From NCBI GenBank assembly GCA_050084985.1, contig JBITNC010000001.1, positions 188,480,001 to 188,544,000 on the forward strand: 64,000 bases of DNA, written 5' to 3'. The notes beneath the pieces are model-generated. The model ran no database searches. It was not told the origin of the DNA and saw nothing but the letters and a program-made list of their open reading frames with translations. The stretch comes from Nageia nagi. Taxonomy: Eukaryota > Plantae > Pinophyta. Positions 55,690 to 64,000 of the stretch are shown here, in pieces; the stretch's first letter is position 1, and every line of letters starts with the position of its first letter. The translations under genes and the position numbers were made by a program.

Positions 55690-57720
55690 GAGTTGAACAA
55701 TTTCTGAAATATACCCCCAACTCCTTAAAGATATTGTACTTAAAAAATACCTCGGGGGTTAATTGGAGGATAACAAATTGTATACTTTGTTAATCCCAAA
55801 TTCACGTACCAATCAGTATTTAATGTGTCTGTCATCAAGAATGTAAGAAAAACATGTATATTTTGCTTATTTATTCTATCATTTTTGTCTAAAGATAGCA
55901 TAATTATATGAATATCTATCATCTCATCATACATTTCTCCATTCTTAATTCCATCACTTATGTTTCAATCATTAATATTCTCCCTGGTTTATTTCGGTAT
56001 GCAACTTATATAAATTCATTTCCTTGTATCCTTGTCTGCCACAGTAGTTACAAATTAAGGTCCGATTATTTCTTGCAAATTCTGAACTGTGGGCTATTTA
56101 GTATTTTTTGTTACAAGGATGTTGATTACTTGTTCTAAAATTTTCAAAATTTGGCTCATAGATGATTGTCCAAATAATTTCCTAGTATTATTAAATCCTT
56201 TCATACATCCAAAGTTGTAAAATCAAACTGCTTGTTTTAAACTTTTACCTTCTCTTCCCATTCATATGATCACCCATTGAATCAACCTAAACTACTATAC
56301 AGTATACCCTCTATTTCTGTCAAATGATTTAATGGTGTGTCATCCTTATTCATCTCTGTACTGTCTGCCTGATTCTTGAGACAGGAACCTCAATTCATAA
56401 CATGTTTCATGCATGTCTTCAAGGCATGTACTCCATCGTCCAATGTTTCCACTGATTCAAATTTACATCAGTGTACTTCTCTCATATAATAAAACCTGCT
56501 TAGAGTCCAAATTTTCATCAACGCCAATATGTTTTAACTTCATAAATTTATGCTAAACAATCCTATACTATAGAACAGGAAAGTAAAACACTAAAGACCT
56601 GAACTAGGGCATTATCTATAATAGACTCCTAGGCGTGATAGTGTTAATAGTTTTGTAACTTTTGTCAATGGGGCATTCAGTATACAGAGACTATGTTTTG
56701 CCTATGTCAATTCATACAGGCATTCAGTATACTGTATACAGTCTATGTTTTGCCTATGTCAATTCATACTGTGATTGCGGGATACATTTTGTCTCTGTTA
56801 ACTCATCATATACTGTAACGGAAATTCTCCCCTAGCCCATCAAGATCAGCTCACAAACAATAAAACACTTGCATGCAGCCCCAAGTTTGAAACCACTTTC
56901 TAATAATTGAAGATATAATCTTTACTTAGCAATTGATAATCCTTATCAGCCTTTCAAGACAATATGATGCTTCTTGATATACTCAGCCAAAGGATAGTAA
57001 TGTGCAGCTCGCAAGTGATCAGACGAGAATTTCAGAAACATTTTGCAGGATGCTCCAGTTTTTGAATCTTCAACAACAGATCATATAATCCAAAAAAGTA
57101 GCTAACTTCTTATGCATTAGCATTCCAAGTACTATTGATTTGAGGCAGTAATTGTCATACACAAAACAATTAAAGAAGTTCAACAACCTCACTATTTGGT
57201 TTTCAACCAAATTTTAACCTTTCAAAACCAAATTTCAAACCTTTACAAGCACCTCCAAGCTCTCTAAATGAATAATTGGATGAATTGAAAGCTAGAAAAA
57301 ATCTCAAAACTCATTGACTAAGAAACACTTGATACCAAGAAATATCAGAAAACTTTTCTCTCTCACTAGAAGAATGCTAATTTCATCTAAGCATTGATTT
57401 TATCTAGAATCTGAAGAAGAAAAGCTAAGCCTTGTCTCTGGATCCTGACTTCCCAAAGTGAATTTTAGATCAACAATTTCACGTTTTGACAAGAAAGCTA
57501 ATTGCTTGCAGATTTCGCAAATCATCTGCAACTCTCACTTGATATCAAACATTGCCAATTCAGTTTCTGCATCTTGTTTACTTTATGTTAGTTGCAGTAA
57601 CACTCAAAGCACTAGCGTTGGTGCTTCAAGCGCTATTGCTTTAATTAAGCTTTATTTGTATTGTACTCTAACAGTTTTATCCTTCCTGATATTTGGGTTA
57701 ATCCTGTAATCGAAAGGAGA
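55690..57720 (-). pseudogene. Putative endogenous bunyavirus-like L protein, N-proximal segment up to motifs F/A
   Basis: Minus-strand translation: LQMICEICKQLAFLSKRE (~57520-57478), GENFRYS (56832-56812), PRSLL*I (~56633-56613), VADKDTRK*IYI (~56042-56007), DEMI (~55929). Boundaries approximate. Confidence 0.55.
56672..56769. repeat. ~47-52-bp tandem duplication
   Basis: GGCATTCAGTATAC..CTATGTTTTGCCTATGTCAATTCATAC occurs twice. Confidence 0.9.
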
Positions 57721-57769
57721 CAAGAAATAAATCACAGATACATCACAAGCACATCCATTCAACTACATT

Positions 57770-60320
57770 AGTGAAACATGTGGTGAAAGTCTCCATTGCA
57801 CAAAAAAGGTATTCTCCTGAATTTTCCACTCATTATTTCAGGACCACTGTAAGCAGTCCTACTCCAAAGGCACTCAATATTCTTGTCATAAAATGCCCTA
57901 TATACAATATTGGTATGGCGTCTAATATATCAACAATCAAGTTTGGTAAAATTCTTCAAATTCTCAAACAGTCAAAGTGATTAATTCAACTTCAATCAAG
58001 ATGGGTTCTTATGCAAGCTGAAACAGATATGTATTCCAAGCATGTCTAGTTGGGAACTCTTAAGCCAAAAAAAGCGCTAATTCTTTCTCTTATTGGTGTC
58101 AACTTGCTGCTAATAAGATGCAACAACACCTTCAAAATATTTCTGTTGGCTATATATGTGAGAGAAAAGTCTCAGCCTATATTTGCAGGTGCTTTTTGTG
58201 AATGGAATTCACTGTCAGTTTAACAATTTGTCAAAGCAGCGGTGTAGCAACAAATCCAAAAGATATGATACTCACCAGTTCTAGATGGAAGGTACTTTTC
58301 AAGTCAACATGTGCAAGATTGTTGTTTATACAACAAGCGATGCTCTTCTAGCTGAAAACTTATTTCTGAGGTGTGCATGGACCAATATAGCCTATTTTTA
58401 AATGTCATCTTCAGATTGGGTCTCCAAGTCATTTACTTGTGGTGGTCTTTATGAAATATGCTTGCTTGTCAACTGCACTGCCCCACTTTCTTTCCTCATC
58501 AAATTAGTGGTCGAACTGCGTTAGTAAACCAAAGCACCTTATTCCATGCTCTTTACAATATACACCATAGTTATGACTGAGCAACACATGGATCTAAATG
58601 CCATTTTCCATGTGAAGTCTTATCTTGTAATTTCCGGCCTTCTGATCCTTATGAGATAAGAGTTGCACTTCCTAATCCTTCTTATCATATGAGCAATGTT
58701 AACAATGTAAGATTTGCATATTTTGCACAGTATCAAGCCAGATTTCATGCCAAGATACGGGACATCAAAGTAGAAAAACAAGTAAAATACAAAGCATACT
58801 ATATTGGTATCATGTCTTAAGAAATTCCAAGTAGTGAATTGGTGTTACTACAATTGAATAAATAGTAGTTCAAAAGAAACATCACCGAGATTATGTCTGT
58901 TTGGTTTGAACTGTATAACATACTGTATGACATCACTCAAGTTGTAGAATCAACTGCCTTCCATTTGAACTCGCCGTCCAAAACCTCAGCATTAACAATG
59001 TTATCACTATCAATCAATCAAGATTTGTGAGTAACCATGTTTAAAGAGGAAGCTCCAGTTTCACATTTTTTAAATAATTATCCAAATATTGAGTCTCCTT
59101 CAGTCAAAGACAGAATTCTTGACATACAGACCGACTCTATTTACCAAAATGAATCTCCCACATGCTTGGCTGTAAGAAAAGGTTTATACACTATTGAAGA
59201 TTTGCCTCAATCTAAACCAATTATGGTTTTTTATAGATTTAAATTGCTATGACACTTCAACAAGCTACACTAAATGATGGCATTCTCTCCACTAACACTC
59301 TCTCTGAAATGTTACATGATACGATTGGTCATTGATGCTTAACTTTAGTGGATCAACTTACAACACTATGGATGTGATTAACTTAAATCTTACAAAACCA
59401 TGTGCAAGTCAGAATCTACAAGCGACAATGCCACTGCATTACCCTTTACTTTGCTTCTTACACTCACGCCAGCAAATCAAAATAGAAATATCTCTTGCTT
59501 TTAATTATCTTCAAATTTGGCAACCTCCTCAAACAGTACTAGTTCATCATTAGCACTTTTCAGCCATTGTCAATTATTTGTCATCCAAAATATCCAAAAT
59601 ATCGATTTTTGTAAGCACCTAACATTTGTGTCCCTTGGAAAATTCCTCATTTCACTTAGACTAGACTATCTTTCAGTAAAAATAAGAAAGAACATAAGGA
59701 TCCATGAAAATAACATAGGTTTTTCCAATAACATCTATAAGCACAAAACTGGGTTCTACAACACCCTTAGGATCTAACTTTGTTCCTATTGGAGTTTCTT
59801 TGAGAGTTCACTGTAATTGAATGTCCTGGAACCTCAGAATAAACTATTGTTGGTTGAATGGCCTCCTTGAGAGAGATGGAATTCAAAGTTTTGACATAAC
59901 CCCTGATGAACTCTTCTGAAATCAACAATATGCAAGGGACTATATGCCAAAGATGTTAATGAGATGAATTTAGAAACTTATTACAAGTAGTTATTCCAGG
60001 TTGGTCAGCCTTACTTCACTCAAATTTAGCCATTTGCAACCACTCGAAGGCTGACCAATTAAGATATAAGGAAACAAAATGAAATTTAGGATAATCTTCC
60101 ATTCGATTTACCGGTTACAGATAAGACCACAAGCTCCAGCATCGATAACTTACCTTGCTCCATTGAATTTTACTAGTGAATAGGAGTTATGTAAAATGAC
60201 CTTCAATTGATGCTTCTCTTGATGACCCTCCTGGAATTTTGTTTGATCCCTTCCAAAGGATTTTGTATGACTTCATCAGTTACACAAATGTGTAATTTAA
60301 ACAAGTAGCAGCCTTAGGAC
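57770..60320 (+). pseudogene. Putative endogenous bunyavirus-like L protein, RdRp motifs B-E and downstream region
   Basis: LAIYVREKSQPIFAGAFCEWNS (58146-58211), VLDG..IQQA (~58278-58339), degenerate motif-C-like MGSYAS (~58001). Extent beyond ~58750 is inferred. Confidence 0.65.
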
Positions 60321-61460
60321 TGTAAACAAAGGCATTTTTGGTGTTCCTCGCAAGTTGGGACACTCACCAAGGGTCAACCCCCTATGGAGGTCACCTTCCA
60401 CACAATCTACAGAAAGCACACACAACCTATGGCACGTTTGTGAATAAACTTGTATATTTTATTATGAATTTTCACCAGACTACATGCATAGATTGCTCAC
60501 CGTACAAGATTGTTTCCTCCTCTTTGCTTGCCAACTTGTACCAAAAATGAACACTTAGGTGCATAGGCTTACATAATGGTAACTCACTCCTAGTACTTTA
60601 GTCCACAAACTACAAACTATTCATTCCATTGTTGCACACTTTTAGGCGCATACATAGTCCCTTTTTGTTGTTTCCAATCTTTCGAAACATCCACAATCCC
60701 ATTAGTAGGTATCCAATCAGGGATACACGAGAACACATCCAATTCCTGGGAGAGGAGTCTGCATCCCTCAACATCCTTGAAATGAGGGGACGTTTCCTTG
60801 CCATCCCCCTTTATGGGGGGCCTGGTACAAACATCCTCAAGATGTTTCCTACCCCTGAGAATTGTCCCCAAAACATCTCCTAAAACAAGGATGATTTCCC
60901 GACCATCTTGTGTGGCTGGGGGTGCTTCCCAAAAAAGGAACATATAAAAAATATTAAAAAAAAGTATGGCCATCCTTCTTTCAAGTTAATGTGCTTCCTA
61001 ATCCCCAAGACATCGTGTAACCTTGGATCCAATTGATATCACTCTTTCGCCAATTGTGGCAATCATCATACAAATCTATCTCTTGTGATGATTCTTCAAC
61101 TTAGCAACCTTTCAATCTCTTCCTCAAACCTTTACTTTGTCCAATTGATACTCTAAATCACTACTCCCTTTCTCATCATCTGCTATGGGTATAAATAGTC
61201 CCATGCTCTCTTCCTCCTCCTTGCTATCTACAGCATGTAAATGTTACTATTCAAAGCTATGTTCACCTTACTTGGCTTCTACAATGTGGGGCATACAAAG
61301 TCCTCATTCTCATGATAACTAAGCAAGCATACACATCCCCACACCATCCTTCTACTTATCATGGTGATCTCACAAGTCTTTCTCCTTCTCCTAGGCTTAT
61401 CCTACAACTCTGATTAAGCATAGCAATCCTTGCCCTCACCAAGCCCACCTTTCCCAGGAC

Positions 61461-61585
61461 AACCTCCTCTATGTCAAGCCAACCTTAGTCCATTTGTCTT
61501 CTTCTAGGGCCAACCAAGCCAACCTTCTCTATGTCAAGCCAACCTTAGTCCATATGTCTTCTTCTAGGACCAACCAAGCCAAACT
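61461..61585. repeat. 60-bp tandem duplication
   Basis: CTCTATGTCAAGCCAACCTTAGTCCAT..CTTCTAGG.CCAACCAAGCCAA occurs twice. Confidence 0.9.
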
Positions 61586-62001
61586 TTGTTCATTCTCTAT
61601 CACCCTTTATAGACCTCTTTAGGTCTCTCGATCATTCTCTTTTGGTGCACTCTCTTATCTATCTCCTTTTGACAGTCTAGACCTATCAATGTCATATCCA
61701 AAAATAGGTTGTGGCTTCCTTTACACACTTCAACCTTTCCAAACAGTCATTTAGTCATGTGCCGATCTCGGGGCCCCCCTATGCATCATTTGTCTAAAAA
61801 CATATCTTTCCGTGCTCTCCATAGCTAAGCTCCATAGATTCTTGAATCTGCCCTTTCTCTTCTTCATCTGCCAATTGTCCAGTGATGGTTGGGTGGTAGG
61901 TGAGTATTCTTGTCACCCTTCATATTGGTCCTTACATTGTTAAACTTGCATCAAAACTTCGTTTAAGCCTCCTCCTGAACTCTATCTACGTTCTACACCT
62001 A

Positions 62002-64000
62002 CTCCTTTGTCCTTCTAGTACTATAGATTCTAGACCACCTTTCCTCCGTTTTCCATTCCTTGCTCTAGCAACTTGGCAACCTAGCGATTTGAGTGAAACA
62101 CTAGTACTCTCCTACCTTGGACTCCTCTGGATCCCTTGCTCTTTCATTTTCTTCTTCTTCAAAGGGCTCCTTCCTATCCTCATTTCCAATGTTTCTCGTG
62201 GGAACCTTCTACAATGCTCCATCCTTGAACACAATTGTTACCTACCTAGTTCTTCTTTCATACCAAGGGTCTTCCTCCCTTCTACACCCTCTTTCATGCC
62301 TAGAGTATCCATTGCTCGATCTTCCTTCTCTAAAGATTTTCCTTCCATGATGACTAGGAAAATCTCATATTAACTAGCAACGCCAATTCTTGATTATTTG
62401 ATGATTCATCACCCAAGTTGAAGAGCCTTGATCAAGCTTACCAAATGACCTACTTCTCTTGTTGCCTCCTCCTTCGACAACCTTTAGCTCCTTTAAGCTC
62501 TTTTGGACCAACTCACTTTGTCCTTGTCCTCCCTCTTCCTAATGTACAGGTGAAAATAGTAGGTGGTGTCTTCCAACCACTCCTCTTCCCTTCTATGACC
62601 CTTTTCGTCATATAACTCTATCGATCTAATGACGACAAGAAATCTCCATGAATCCTCTACTCCTCCAACTATGAGCAATCTTCCCTTTTCCCAAGCCTTC
62701 TTCGATGCTCTAATGATCACTCCTTTTCCGATCCTTCACCAAGATTTTGTTCCTGGAATCCAAAATTGTAGGGGATGCTCCTACATCAAACTACTAAGAT
62801 TGATTTGAAGAATGAGATCCTACACACATTCCTTTCTTTCTCTTCTACTCCACAACATCTTCTTGGGACACTCCCAAATTATCTCTTCAAGTCTCTATCC
62901 ACTTCCTTGGACAAATTCCATGCAAGAGGGTACTACCTTCACCATCTCCTATGGCTCTACCAACTTTATCATGTTTTCTCGTGAAAATCATCCACTACTA
63001 GTTGATACTCAATATCGTTTTCATTGATAGGATCTCATTAGCTCCCTATCTCTTAGAGAGGCTTTGCACAATCTTGTTTGATTTGTGCTCTAGCTGCATT
63101 TCTCTACCATCCTTAAGGTTTCTTGTCCATCTTTTCATTCAACCCTATCTCGCAAGTATTCTACATGTGCTACTCCTCAACACCAATTTTTGAGACTTCC
63201 TCCATGAAATATCCTACAATTACCCCTTTTCGACACCAATTCTAAAGCTCTCTCGATTAAACATTTGCCACAGTGTTCTGCAGAACAACAAAGTCTAAGA
63301 TCTCTGAGTCCTCGGCTTATCTCTTCTAGTTGGTAATGGTGTCATTGCAACTCAACTTGCAATGTTTCATCTACTTTGAAATTCCCCATGGTATTTTCCG
63401 CTTTGATGAATACCTTCTTCGACTGACCTTCTAGAGGCACTCCTCTTGAGCACCAAAAATCTTGAGATTTACATTTCGAAATCTCGTACAAATATCCCTC
63501 TTGGACACCAAACTCCAAGGCTCTCTTCACGAAACCTTTTGCAAGTGTTCTGCAGAACTCCTTTGTACTTCTTCTAGTACTGTCAATTCTAGAATAGTTT
63601 TCTTTAGTTTGCCATTCCTTGCTCTAGTGACTTGGTAACCTAGTGACCTAAGTACAACACTAGCACTCTCCTACCTTGGACTCCTGTTCAGCCCTTTTCT
63701 CCTCCATTTTCTTCTTCTTTTGGGGGCTCCTTCGTGTCCCCATTTCCAAGGTATCCTAGCAGGAACCTTTTGCAATGCTCCATCCCTAAGCACAAATATT
63801 ACCTATCTAGTATCCACCGCTCAATCTATCTTCTCCAAAGATCTTCCTCCATTGGCAACTCCAATGCTCTAATGATTCAATAATTCGTCACCCAAGTTAA
63901 CAATCCTTGATCAAGCTTCCCTGGTGCCCTGCTTCTCTTGTTGCATCTTTCTTCAGCAACCTTCAGCTCCTTTGAGATCTTCTGGACAAAATCACTATGT
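62002..64000. repeat. Diverged direct repeat, ~62002-62515 vs ~63558-64000 (period ~1.55 kb)
   Basis: CCATTCCTTGCTCTAG, CTCTCCTACCTTGGACTCCT, CACCCAAGTT and CCTTGATCAAGCTT occur in both copies in the same order. Confidence 0.85.

Larger units (their letters stand above)
60321..64000 (-). mobile_element. Decayed LTR retrotransposon (putative 3' LTR 60321-60829 plus internal region to window end)
   Basis: TGTA...TACA bounded ~509-bp segment with a purine-rich tract adjacent on -; internal region is purine-rich on - with duplications. Family not identified. Confidence 0.5.

Noticed and set aside
53241-64000. Upstream LSM2 exon(s) encoding ..VELKND..YPHM
   Set aside because: Not found by eye; presumably beyond the window end.

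Overview
AT-rich nuclear DNA of a large-genome seed plant (gymnosperm-like repeat families and long introns; the host assignment is inference). 1-33 kb is an LTR-retrotransposon nest. An old Copia element (A, 5' end outside the window, 3' LTR 22236-22740) hosts a young internally deleted Copia relative (B, 1136-8334, TSD CAACA), a chromovirus (8484-16760) that itself carries a non-coding Copia-family derivative (C, 10671-15754, TSD CCCAT), and a solo LTR. Decayed Tat/Ogre and Galadriel-like Gypsy elements follow. Two convergent host genes lie downstream: a complete 3-exon type II (mitoribosome-type) RPS15a gene (36171-46669, +) and the last exon of LSM2 (53121-53240, -). The most unusual signal is inside the >10 kb last intron of LSM2: about 4.6 kb of decayed coding sequence whose manual translation shows the ordered motifs of a bunyavirus-like (Phenuiviridae-like) L RNA polymerase. 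It is split into a minus-strand half (up to motifs F/A) and a plus-strand half (motifs B-E and beyond), i.e. a probable endogenous negative-strand RNA virus element with an inversion. All protein assignments come from manual translation and recalled motifs; no database search was run.
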